Positions 26,345-34,855 of a DNA stretch of 64,000 nt are shown piece by piece. Position 1 is the first letter of the stretch; every line of letters starts with the position of its first letter. The position numbers and the translations under genes are program-made. The notes below the pieces were generated by a model. That model had not been told where the DNA came from. It worked only from the letters and a program-made list of their open reading frames with translations, and ran no database searches. This DNA comes from Candidatus Opimibacter skivensis (lineage in GTDB: Bacteria; Bacteroidota; Bacteroidia; Chitinophagales; Saprospiraceae), in NCBI GenBank assembly GCA_016722045.1, contig JADKGY010000006.1:19960-83959 (forward strand). The letters run 5' to 3'.

Positions 26345-26725
26345 CTACTTCTCCACCCTGATCTCCGATATCTTCTGCTTTGCATCATAGTACAAATACA
26401 CCCGGTACATTCCCGTTGATGTCGAAAGATCGCCCAGCGAATAACTGGCCCGGCCATTTGTAGCCGGAGTCAAATGGGCACGTTTGTAACTTTTAACCGT
26501 ATTCTGACTGAAAAAGGAAGAAAGACTTTTTACCGTTTCAGCAGCAGATAAAGAAGCATCCTGATCAAGTATAGAAACATCCACCTTGTCCGCTAAATAC
26601 GCACTCAGATCTGCTCCATTTCCTTTATTGATCGCAGCATCTATAGCTGCATTCTGCCCAAACGCCATGAAAGGAAGAACAAAAAGTAAACTCACTAAAA
26701 TGTTATATGATGGTTTCATAATCAA
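26345..26725 (-). CDS. hypothetical exported protein (DUF4783-like small Bacteroidota protein)
   Basis: 126 aa with N-terminal signal peptide MIMKPSYNILVSLLFVLPFMAFGQ. It is a compact ORF with no overlap. Confidence 0.45.
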   Translation of the reverse strand: MIMKPSYNILVSLLFVLPFMAFGQNAAIDAAINKGNGADLSAYLADKVDVSILDQDASLSAAETVKSLSSFFSQNTVKSYKRAHLTPATNGRASYSLGDLSTSTGMYRVYLYYDAKQKISEIRVEK

Positions 26726-26849
26726 GTTATAACGATCCGGATGATTAAATAGTTTGGTTCAAAACCTAAGTGAAGTGTTAATGTATTTGGTCCTCCTATT
26801 GTGGTTATATTAAAATAAGTGCAAGCCGCGGTCCTCTATTAGGTTTTTC

Positions 26850-26876
26850 CTGGACAGGGGCAAACCGCTGTCAATG
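26850..26876. repeat. hairpin module H1, copy C (gacaggggcaaaccgctgtc), immediately 3' of TSUP gene
   Basis: The same 'ttgacag-GC-rich loop-ctgtc' module as at 30096-30114 and 56965-56983. Confidence 0.55.
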
Positions 26877-26888
26877 CATCTTGATTAT

Positions 26889-26950
26889 TGTGTAATCTCT
26901 TACTTTCTTACTCTCCCATTTATCTCCCTCTCTCACTTCTCTCACTCCTC
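26889..26950. repeat. CT-rich heptamer-periodic array (cttactt tcttact ctcccat ttatctc cctctct cacttct ctcactc ctctcac) abutting TSUP stop
   Basis: Seven-nt periodicity directly downstream of the minus-strand stop at 26951-26953. Confidence 0.4.
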
Positions 26951-27709
26951 TCACCAAAACAACTTCACCACCGACAAAATCACCGCTATCACCAGTATCA
27001 CATAAGCAAACTTCGCCGCCCCCGGAATACGACTTGCATAATGCGATGACAACCATCCGCCTAAAAATTGCGCGACACCCATTATCAATCCAATAGACCA
27101 CACCACCTGTCCTGCAAAAGCAAAAATTATAACCGCTATCAATGTAAATATTCCAACCGAAACGGCCTTAATGGCATTCGCTTCTATCATAGGCAATCTC
27201 GCCACCAATACTAACACCGCCAGAAAAAAAACACCCATGCCCATCTGAATAAACCCACCATAAAATCCAAGGATCAGAAACAATGGCCACTCCATCCATA
27301 GCGGAATCATACTCTTCTCCGGATTCGCAATCAGCCATCGTTCAGGATTGACAAGGATCACGATCAACATCAGTAACATGAGAAACCTGAACACATGCAT
27401 AAACTGATCACTCGTCACCTGCGTCGCCACAACAATTCCACCTAATGCCCCGATCACAACAGGCAAAATATATTTCACATAAAGAAAATAATCAACCTTC
27501 TTATGTGCGAAACCCGTCATCGCACCGATCGAATTCATCAACACACCTATACGATTGGTACCATTAGCTATATTTCCCGGAAGACCCAACAATGCCGTGA
27601 GTACAGTCAGCGTAATAACTGATCCATTGCCGGCCAGGGCATTAATGAAGCCTGCAAAAAAAGCGCCGATAAAAGCGATGATGATTTGCTCAGGACTCCA
27701 GTGCATCAC
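26951..27709 (-). CDS. TSUP family (TauE/SafE) sulfite/anion exporter
   Basis: 252 aa, 7-8 TM helices, duplicated half-structure with Gly-rich motifs (AGNGSVITLTVL / GMGVFFLAVL). Confidence 0.6.
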   Translation of the reverse strand: MMHWSPEQIIIAFIGAFFAGFINALAGNGSVITLTVLTALLGLPGNIANGTNRIGVLMNSIGAMTGFAHKKVDYFLYVKYILPVVIGALGGIVVATQVTSDQFMHVFRFLMLLMLIVILVNPERWLIANPEKSMIPLWMEWPLFLILGFYGGFIQMGMGVFFLAVLVLVARLPMIEANAIKAVSVGIFTLIAVIIFAFAGQVVWSIGLIMGVAQFLGGWLSSHYASRIPGAAKFAYVILVIAVILSVVKLFW

Positions 27710-27715
27710 TATCTA

Positions 27716-28129
27716 TCAAAATATATCATCCGGAATAGTCTGACATAGTTCCACCAGCACACCATTTGCAGAGCGTGGATGAATGAAACACACCCATTTA
27801 TGATCAGCTCCTCTGTGCGGTTCATCCCGCAACAATTCAAATCCTTCTTCCTTCAGGCGCTTCATCTCGGCTCTAATATCGGCTACTTCGAAAGCAATAT
27901 GATGGATCCCTTCACCTCTACGATCTATAAAGCGATGAATCGCACTATCTTCATGCGTCGCCTGAAGCAATTCAATTTTACTGTGCGCAGTCATAAAGAA
28001 AGAAGTAATCACTTTTTCAGATTGCACCTCTTCATGCTTGTAAGATGGACTACCAAGGAGTTTGTGAAACAAGGAATCGCTTTCAGCAAGTGATTTTACA
28101 GCTATTCCTATATGTTCTATGCTATACAT
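27716..28129 (-). CDS. mce: methylmalonyl-CoA epimerase (VOC/glyoxalase family)
   Basis: 137 aa. N-terminus MYSIEHIGIAVKSL, then H.A..V.D and E(L/I)C signatures of the VOC fold matching mce. Confidence 0.65.
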   Translation of the reverse strand: MYSIEHIGIAVKSLAESDSLFHKLLGSPSYKHEEVQSEKVITSFFMTAHSKIELLQATHEDSAIHRFIDRRGEGIHHIAFEVADIRAEMKRLKEEGFELLRDEPHRGADHKWVCFIHPRSANGVLVELCQTIPDDIF

Positions 28130-28222
28130 AAGTCAGGTTGCAGCAAGTTATATATTCGCCAAATTAGTTATATTTTTGACCTGACAGAAAAATTGAATGG
28201 AATGACGATCCTTAATCCTTAA

Positions 28223-29671
28223 ATGATAATCATGTACAAATCTCTCCTAACACTCTTCATCATCTTTTCTTTCTTTATGACGGCAAGACCTGTCATCGCC
28301 CAGGATTATATTGTGGATTATACATATCTGGGCAGCTATCCACAGTTGACATTATCTATCATATTTCAGCAGACAGTGGATTATGGAGTTGATTTGTATA
28401 AGATCCGATACAAGACAAGTGATATACACAGCGCTTTGGACACAGCCTCAGGACTTATCGTGATACCTCAGGTACCCCCTGGCACCCAACTGCCCGTTGT
28501 CGTATATGAACATGGCACAATCGATAGCACCACCGATGTACCTTCCAGACTCAGAGGAGGATATGAAGCGGCTATGGCCTATGCTGCTTTTGGATTTGCC
28601 ACATTCGCACCAGACTTTATTGGCCTGGGAGATTCCAGAGGATTTCATCCCTGGTTACATGCAGCCTCAGAGGCTTCAGCATCATTGGATATGCTTTTTG
28701 CAGGTTATGAATTTTTAGAATTCGACAATCCTGCCGATTTAGATCCGAACTATCTATTTCTGTCGGGGTACTCGCAAGGAGGACATGCCTCGATGGCATT
28801 GCATAAATTAATTGATGATTACTGGTCTATCATCATTCCGGTGACTGCAGCTACACATATGTCAGGAATCTATAGCATCTCAGGCGTTCTAAGAGACGGC
28901 ATTGTTAATAATACATCCGGTGATCCGGGTTATCTCGCTAATCTATTTCTGAGCTATAACGAAGCTTACAATCTCTATTCGGATATTGGTCAGGTATTCA
29001 AAGAGCCATATGTCACAAGTATAAGAGCTTTCTACAACCATAGTATCCCTCGTTCTGAATTATCCGCAGAACTTATCGCAGGACTTGCAGCCGCCGGCGA
29101 AACCATTCCAAACAGGATTCTTCAGGATAGCATCCTGGATGCGATTATTAACAATCCAAACCATCCTCTCAATTTAGCGATGCAGGAAAATGATACCTAT
29201 AACTGGGCTCCGGCTTCTCCTACAAGATTATATTATTGCAAGGCAGATGAAACTGTACCTTATATCAATGCGATCATTGCCGATTCTGTAATGCATGAGC
29301 TGGGAGCTACTGATGTGCAGGCCATTGATGTTAATCCCAATTTGACTCATGTAGCTTGTGCATATGCGGCGATTCCTGTTTCGATTGCCTTTTTTAAATC
29401 ATTTATCGGTGCTTCAGGCACAAAAGATGTGTATGCCAAAGGTGATGAACTGACTTTCTTTCCGAATCCTACGACTGAATATATCTCTGTTGATTGGTCG
29501 GCAGCGATCGATGGTTTTGACTTCCGGATCATCAATACAAGTGGTATCACTGTAGATCGCGGTACAACATCCTCAAGCCATCTATCCATGTCAAAACTTC
29601 CGGGTGGATTATATATGATCGTTTGCACAGCAGGCGGCCATACAAAAATGGGAAGAGTACTCCGCCAATGA
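28223..29671 (+). CDS. secreted alpha/beta-hydrolase (lipase/esterase-like) with T9SS type-A C-terminal sorting domain
   Basis: Signal peptide, then a nucleophile elbow GYSQGG (G.S.G). The C-terminal ~80 aa (FFPNPTTEYISVDW...LSMSKLPGGLYMIVCTAGGHTKMGRVLRQ) match the Por-secretion tail pattern. Confidence 0.65.
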   Translation: MIIMYKSLLTLFIIFSFFMTARPVIAQDYIVDYTYLGSYPQLTLSIIFQQTVDYGVDLYKIRYKTSDIHSALDTASGLIVIPQVPPGTQLPVVVYEHGTIDSTTDVPSRLRGGYEAAMAYAAFGFATFAPDFIGLGDSRGFHPWLHAASEASASLDMLFAGYEFLEFDNPADLDPNYLFLSGYSQGGHASMALHKLIDDYWSIIIPVTAATHMSGIYSISGVLRDGIVNNTSGDPGYLANLFLSYNEAYNLYSDIGQVFKEPYVTSIRAFYNHSIPRSELSAELIAGLAAAGETIPNRILQDSILDAIINNPNHPLNLAMQENDTYNWAPASPTRLYYCKADETVPYINAIIADSVMHELGATDVQAIDVNPNLTHVACAYAAIPVSIAFFKSFIGASGTKDVYAKGDELTFFPNPTTEYISVDWSAAIDGFDFRIINTSGITVDRGTTSSSHLSMSKLPGGLYMIVCTAGGHTKMGRVLRQ

Positions 29672-30084
29672 GCATTAACGTAGACAACTTCGAGGATGAA
29701 GTTCACTTTCTGATCACAGAACGCGGAAAGGAATATTTTGATGCCAGCCAGGTGACCATGCTCAAGCAAACCGCTGACGGATGGACGGCTGTCATTGATG
29801 GAAATGAAACGTACCACGTATTGCTTGAAGGACATGATGTCATCACAAACTGGCAGTGCACCTGTCCTTTTGAACATGGGCCAGTCTGTAAACACATCGC
29901 TGCTGTACTCTATGCCGTCCGTGAAAACATAAGAGCCAATATATCATCGTCAAATGGAGAAATCGATCGATGGATTGATGAAGCTGATGCAGATGCCTTG
30001 CGACGTCTTCTCAAAATTGAAGTTCGAAAAAATGAAGAAGTGAAGACATCTGTTTATCATGAAATGAAAAAAAATAGTGAATAG
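29668..30084 (+). CDS. SWIM zinc-finger domain protein
   Basis: WQCTCPFEHGPVCKHIAAVLY is a C.C...C.H SWIM motif. The ATG at 29668 overlaps the lipase TGA (ATGA). The track ORF from 29623 would overlap the upstream gene by 49 nt. Confidence 0.5.
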   Translation: MSINVDNFEDEVHFLITERGKEYFDASQVTMLKQTADGWTAVIDGNETYHVLLEGHDVITNWQCTCPFEHGPVCKHIAAVLYAVRENIRANISSSNGEIDRWIDEADADALRRLLKIEVRKNEEVKTSVYHEMKKNSE

Positions 30085-30185
30085 TGAATAGTATTGACAG
30101 GGCTTGCCCCTGTCTTTGTAAAACACTTAAGTGAGTATTGAATAGTGAATCGGTTGTAGAGACGTCGATTTATCGCGTCTCTCCG
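30078..30185. repeat. BIME-like mosaic element, copy A: agtgaat repeats + hairpin H1 (30096-30114, followed by tttg) + hairpin H2 (30159-30181)
   Basis: H1 = gacagggcttgcccctgtc. H2 = gagacgtcgatttatcgcgtctc. The reverse complement of both modules recurs at 56965-57090. Confidence 0.6.
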
Positions 30186-30189
30186 CAGT

Positions 30190-30268
30190 CTCGTGAGATG
30201 TGAGACATGAGACATGAGACATGAAGCGTGAGGCGTGAGACATGAGACATGAAGCGTGAGGCGTGAAT
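30190..30268. repeat. heptanucleotide tandem array, 11 units (gtgagac / atgagac / atgaagc / gtgaggc)
   Basis: Read directly: gtgagat gtgagac atgagac atgagac atgaagc gtgaggc gtgagac atgagac atgaagc gtgaggc gtgaatt. Confidence 0.85.
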
Positions 30269-30383
30269 TGTCAATATTTCAGGAAAAGGGTCCCCTGGTT
30301 GCTGAGCTGCAGAACCAGAATGTGGTTTAGCGGGTCGACGTATAGGGGATTTAGGGGTTAAACGAAAATCGTAAAATAATAAA

Positions 30384-31157
30384 TTGAAAACAAAATCCGA
30401 CATCGTCAACAATTGGTTGCCCAGGTACACAGGTATGTCCCTGGACAAATTCGAACGGTATATTCTGCTTGTGAATTTTTCACATTACGTAGATGTATTT
30501 GCCAAAAAATTTAATGTTGAAATTTATGGCCAGGGCCTCTCGATGCAATGTGCCACGGCAGAAGAAATCACGATCATCAATTTCGGAATGGGCAGCGCCA
30601 ATGCAGCCACGATCATGGATTTACTCATGGCCATCAAACCAAAAGCATGTCTCTTTCTGGGAAAATGTGGAGGCCTGAAAATGAAAAAAAATAAAGTTGG
30701 CGATATGATCCTACCCATAGCAGCGATCAGAGGCGAAGGAACTTCCAATGATTATTTTCCCGCCGAAGTACCTGCACTTCCTGCCTTCGCATTACAAAAA
30801 GCGATCTCTACGACCATCCGTGATTATGCCAGAGATTATTGGACAGGAACCGTGTACACCACCAACAGAAGAGTCTGGGAATTTGACATAAAATTTAAAA
30901 AATATCTCAACAAGATCAGAGCCACCGCCGTCGATATGGAAACCGCCACACTATTTAGCGTTGGCTTTCACAATGGTATTCCAACAGGTGCTCTTCTACT
31001 AGTCTCCGATATGCCGATGGTTCCGGAGGGAGTCAAAACAACGCACAGTGATCTCGCTGTTACCGGCAATTTTGCAGCAACACATCTTGATATTGGCATT
31101 GATTCATTACGTCAGTTGATTCATGATAAGCTGACGGTGAAGCATTTGAAATTTTAA
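30384..31157 (+). CDS. purine/uridine phosphorylase family 1 protein (AMP nucleosidase-like short form)
   Basis: GMGSANAA and DMETATLF motifs of the PNP/UDP/MTAP fold. The track start is TTG; the first ATG in frame is at 30435 (MSLDKFERY...). Confidence 0.55.
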   Translation: MKTKSDIVNNWLPRYTGMSLDKFERYILLVNFSHYVDVFAKKFNVEIYGQGLSMQCATAEEITIINFGMGSANAATIMDLLMAIKPKACLFLGKCGGLKMKKNKVGDMILPIAAIRGEGTSNDYFPAEVPALPAFALQKAISTTIRDYARDYWTGTVYTTNRRVWEFDIKFKKYLNKIRATAVDMETATLFSVGFHNGIPTGALLLVSDMPMVPEGVKTTHSDLAVTGNFAATHLDIGIDSLRQLIHDKLTVKHLKF

Positions 31158-31170
31158 TACTAATATTTTT

Positions 31171-31210
31171 AAAAAAGTACGGACAGGTCGCGACCTGTCC
31201 GTACTTTTTT
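31171..31210. terminator. bidirectional rho-independent terminator (28-bp perfect palindrome flanked by A6/T6)
   Basis: aaaaaa gtacggacaggtcg|cgacctgtccgtac tttttt lies between convergent genes ending at 31157 (+) and 31286 (-). Confidence 0.8.
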
Positions 31211-31285
31211 AAAAATATTTCTTACGGTTTGGCGTAGGCTGTGCCTACCTCATGGCGTTTGCAAAACTCGGTTTTGCGAATGAAA

Positions 31286-32716
31286 TCATTTTTTATGCTC
31301 AATCACCTTCACCTCTTCAACATCATTTTCCTGCTTTTCCTTTTTTCCGAGATACGATGGAAGATCCATACCTGCCATATTGAATAATTCACTCAAAGGC
31401 GGCACTGATTTATACATGCCTGCTATAAAATTTGAGGTATTGCTTCCATTGCCATCCTGATTACCCCCTTCCCATACCGTGACTTTATCAATTTTAATAT
31501 TCTTAATGGCTTCTACCTGAATCTTAAGCAATTCAGGAAGCTTATCAGCGATCAACATCAATACGGCATCACGGGGATTACCTCCCGCAGCTTTGACGAC
31601 TTCATCAAAACCATCAGCCTGTTTCTGTAATATTTCATAAAGGCCTTTTGCTTCTGCTTCTTTGCGCATGAATACAGCATCTGCTTCACCTCTTGCTATT
31701 CGCCTTGTTCTTTCTGCTTCGGCCTCGGCATCTATTTCTATGCGTCGTTTCGCGATCTCTGACTGAACAATAATATCAGCTTCTCTTGTAGCACGTTCAC
31801 GATCAGCTCTCGCCATTTCCGCATCCTTTTCTGCCGCGTATGATTCTTTCAATGAACGGGCTGCCTGAATTTTTTCAGATGCTGTAGCGAGACTTAAGGA
31901 TTCAGCTTCACGTTGTCTCCGGTCAGCATTTGATTTGGCTATTCGTACTAAAGCTTCATTCTCACCGGATATCGAATTAGCTCCTGCTGTTGCTTCACCA
32001 ACTTTAGCAAGCGCATCCGCAGAACTCACGCTAATTCTTTTTTCTTTATTCGCATTCGCTTCACCGATACTACCATCACGGTTTTTTTCAGCCACACTTT
32101 GTTTCGCATCATTGATCGCTTTCGCTGCTGCCTCTTTTCCTAACGCTTCGATGTATCCACTTTCATCCTGGATATCCGTAACGTTTACGTTGATCAGCAT
32201 CAACCCAATTTTCTTGAGTTCATTACCGACATTCGAACTGACATTGATGAGAAATTTATCGCGATCGGAATTGATTTCTTCAATATCCATAGTTGCAACG
32301 ACAAGACGGAGCTGACCAAAGATGATATCCTTTGCTGTCTCCCTGATCTCATCCGTTGACTTGCGAAGCAATCTTTCTGATGCAACTTCCATCACACCAG
32401 GTTCATTGCTTACAGCTACTGTAAACCTTGAAGGTACACTCACCCTGATATTCTGTCTTGACAACGCACCCCTGAGATCAACATCGATACTGATGGGCGT
32501 GAGGTCAAGGAAATCATAATCCTGTATGACCGGCCATACAAAAGCAGCACCACCGGCAAGACATTTTGAAGAATTCCCCGTTCCGGTTTTACCATAGATG
32601 ACCAATATTTTATCTGATGGGCATCGTTTGTACCTGGATATAAACCAGAGCCCCATGATGAAGACCAGGCCGATAAGACCCGCGACGATGACAACTACTG
32701 AGCCAGTAAGATCCAT
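31286..32716 (-). CDS. flotillin-like SPFH/band-7 protein (YqiK-like)
   Basis: 476 aa. N-terminal TM anchor, SPFH domain, then a long Ala/Glu/Arg-rich coiled coil (EAERTRRIARGEADA...). Confidence 0.7.
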   Translation of the reverse strand: MDLTGSVVVIVAGLIGLVFIMGLWFISRYKRCPSDKILVIYGKTGTGNSSKCLAGGAAFVWPVIQDYDFLDLTPISIDVDLRGALSRQNIRVSVPSRFTVAVSNEPGVMEVASERLLRKSTDEIRETAKDIIFGQLRLVVATMDIEEINSDRDKFLINVSSNVGNELKKIGLMLINVNVTDIQDESGYIEALGKEAAAKAINDAKQSVAEKNRDGSIGEANANKEKRISVSSADALAKVGEATAGANSISGENEALVRIAKSNADRRQREAESLSLATASEKIQAARSLKESYAAEKDAEMARADRERATREADIIVQSEIAKRRIEIDAEAEAERTRRIARGEADAVFMRKEAEAKGLYEILQKQADGFDEVVKAAGGNPRDAVLMLIADKLPELLKIQVEAIKNIKIDKVTVWEGGNQDGNGSNTSNFIAGMYKSVPPLSELFNMAGMDLPSYLGKKEKQENDVEEVKVIEHKK

Positions 32717-32829
32717 ATGAAGTGAGTTGAGAGAGTTGGTAAATAGTTTAATTTTTTGTTCTAACTGATGGTAGAGGAATAAAATTCCGAATACAGGAAG
32801 ATATTACAATTTCTTTAGGAAAGTTTTAT

Positions 32830-33483
32830 TTACTCAGGTGATGGCATGTACTCTACTTTGAGCACATTACCATTCATGATTTCAATTACTTTAATCGATG
32901 TACCTGTTTTCAATGCATCACCTTCCGTGATCGCGTCTACCTCACGAATCGTTCCGTCAACTTTCAGATGAACCTTGCCTACTCCATTGCCTTGTCCTGG
33001 AATGGAAAGATATACTTCACCGGGTTGATCAAGTGCATTGTAAAGATTCAGTGTACCCGATTGTTCGAGTTGTGAAAATTTAAAGACCATATAGGCCACG
33101 ATAAACATTGCCATTAAACCAATTAACGAAGCAAATAAAACAGACATCCAGACACTTAGATGATTGTTGAGCGCCAAAACACCAGTCCAACCAAAAAATG
33201 TAAAGAATGCGATGATACTTCTCATCGAAAGTGCGGAAAACTCATGTTCATATACGCCGACATCACCTGGATGATCTATACTTCCACCACCAGCCTCAAA
33301 CCCAATCAGCAAGAGAATAAATTGCATCAGAAATAAAACAGAGAAGATAATCGATATAAACCAGAATACCTGATGAGCCGAAGAGAGAGACTCCCACCAA
33401 AGATTTATATCATTGATCTGTATCACAGGTTTTAGTTCAGGTTGTAAATCAAGATAACATAGATCTGCGGCATAAGGTGCCAT
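32830..33483 (-). CDS. NfeD-like membrane protein (YqiJ-like partner of flotillin)
   Basis: 217 aa. Three or four TM helices then a C-terminal soluble beta-rich (OB-like) domain. Position directly upstream of the flotillin gene mirrors yqiJ-yqiK. Confidence 0.5.
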   Translation of the reverse strand: MAPYAADLCYLDLQPELKPVIQINDINLWWESLSSAHQVFWFISIIFSVLFLMQFILLLIGFEAGGGSIDHPGDVGVYEHEFSALSMRSIIAFFTFFGWTGVLALNNHLSVWMSVLFASLIGLMAMFIVAYMVFKFSQLEQSGTLNLYNALDQPGEVYLSIPGQGNGVGKVHLKVDGTIREVDAITEGDALKTGTSIKVIEIMNGNVLKVEYMPSPE

Positions 33484-33563
33484 GATTTAGACCAATGTCA
33501 CTTTGCCATCTACCTTGAAAGGTAAGAAAGCCGCTATAATCATATGGATAAAAATGAATTAAT

Positions 33564-34529
33564 TTGCCCCTTCATTTAGACCTGATCGCCGTGGAAGTAA
33601 AACTATTTAGTGGCCAATTCTCAAAATACCTGGCGGAAAAAATTTCTGACTTTTATGGTTCTCCGCTGGGAAAATGGAATCTTTCCCGTTTCAGTGACGG
33701 GGAAATGCATCCCGTCATAGAGGAATCTGTACGTGGATCCTACGTCTTTTTCATTCAGTCGACGGCATCACCGGCAGATAACCTGCTCGAACTTCTCCTG
33801 CTGATCGACACAGCCCGAAGAGCATCAGCGGATTATATTACGGCTGTCATCCCTTATTATGGTTATTCACGGCAGGACAGAAAAGATCAGCCACGTGTAC
33901 CCATTTCCGCCAAACTGATAGCTAATCTCCTTCAAACGGCAGGAGCCAACAGGATCATGACGATGGAGCTTCATGCTGATCAGATTCAGGGATTTTTTGA
34001 TATTCCGGTCGATCACCTTCAGAGTAATGCTATTTTCTTCCCCTATCTGGAAAATCAAATGAATCTCGATAAGGAAACCGTCATATTCGCTGCTCCAGAT
34101 GTCGGGGGTGTAAAACGGGCCCGCGACTATGCTAATCATTTCCAGTGCGACCTGGTGATATGTGACAAATACAGGCGGCGTGCCAATGAAGTCAGCGGAA
34201 TGACTGTCATAGGAGATGTTAAGGACCGGGATGTGATCCTCGTGGATGATATGGCTGATACGGCCGGAACATTATGCAAGGCAGCTGAGGCTCTGGTCCA
34301 GAAAGGAGCAAGAAGTGTACGGGCTATATGTACACATGCTGTTCTATCAGGAAAGGCTTATGAGAATATTGAAAACTCACATTTGACGGAGATCTTAGTC
34401 ACTGACACTTTGCCCTTAAGACAGACCTCTCCTAAAATCAAGGTCCTCTCTTCAGCCAAGCTATTTGCCCATGCTATTCGAAACACTCATGAACATAGAT
34501 CTATTTCAGCTTTGTTCGTAGGGCAGTAA
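33564..34529 (+). CDS. prs: ribose-phosphate pyrophosphokinase (PRPP synthetase)
   Basis: KLFSG...RFSDGE...IQST...YYGYSRQDRK...DLHA.QIQGFFDIPVDHL...DDM.DTAGT signatures. The track start is TTG; a GTG at 33591 (M/VEVKLFSG) is the more likely initiator. Confidence 0.85.
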   Translation: MPLHLDLIAVEVKLFSGQFSKYLAEKISDFYGSPLGKWNLSRFSDGEMHPVIEESVRGSYVFFIQSTASPADNLLELLLLIDTARRASADYITAVIPYYGYSRQDRKDQPRVPISAKLIANLLQTAGANRIMTMELHADQIQGFFDIPVDHLQSNAIFFPYLENQMNLDKETVIFAAPDVGGVKRARDYANHFQCDLVICDKYRRRANEVSGMTVIGDVKDRDVILVDDMADTAGTLCKAAEALVQKGARSVRAICTHAVLSGKAYENIENSHLTEILVTDTLPLRQTSPKIKVLSSAKLFAHAIRNTHEHRSISALFVGQ

Positions 34530-34643
34530 GAGATCAAATCCACATCTTAATCCAATTTTTCTGGTCAGAAAAGTGGTTTAAATCTGCACTGCATTTGGAA
34601 TGTGAATAACTATCTGTAGCCATTGATAATCAGCACGTTAAAA

Positions 34644-34688
34644 CAGTGTGGCACCCTTAGGTGTGGCACACCTAGGTGTGCCACACTG
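34644..34688. promoter_or_regulatory. 45-nt palindromic element: direct repeat of GTGGCAC(A/C)C(C/T)TAGG followed by its inverse; core 34661-34686 is a perfect 26-bp palindrome
   Basis: cagtgtggcacccttaggtgtggcacacctaggtgtgccacactg sits between prs and rplY. Confidence 0.5.
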
Positions 34689-34855
34689 ACATTGACTTTC
34701 CTTAAACATCTTTTTATAGGTGGTTTATAGTCAGGCTTTAAGGATCCATTCCCTTTTCCTTTCCCCGATTATATTTAAAAAACTTACCCAATTTTTGACT
34801 GAAAACCATACCTTTGCGTGCTCTAAAAATAAACCGGGTAATAAATTCGACGGAA

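Noticed and set aside
26871-27101. ORF 26871-27101 (-) overlapping the 3' end of the TSUP gene
   Set aside because: It is out of frame with and embedded in a well-supported membrane-protein gene. Its N-terminal part is a translation of the CT-rich heptamer array.
29623-29667. Upstream extension of the SWIM ORF (track start 29623)
   Set aside because: It would overlap the lipase gene by 49 nt in another frame. The ATG at 29668 gives the classic ATGA stop-start overlap, and the protein still contains the whole SWIM motif.
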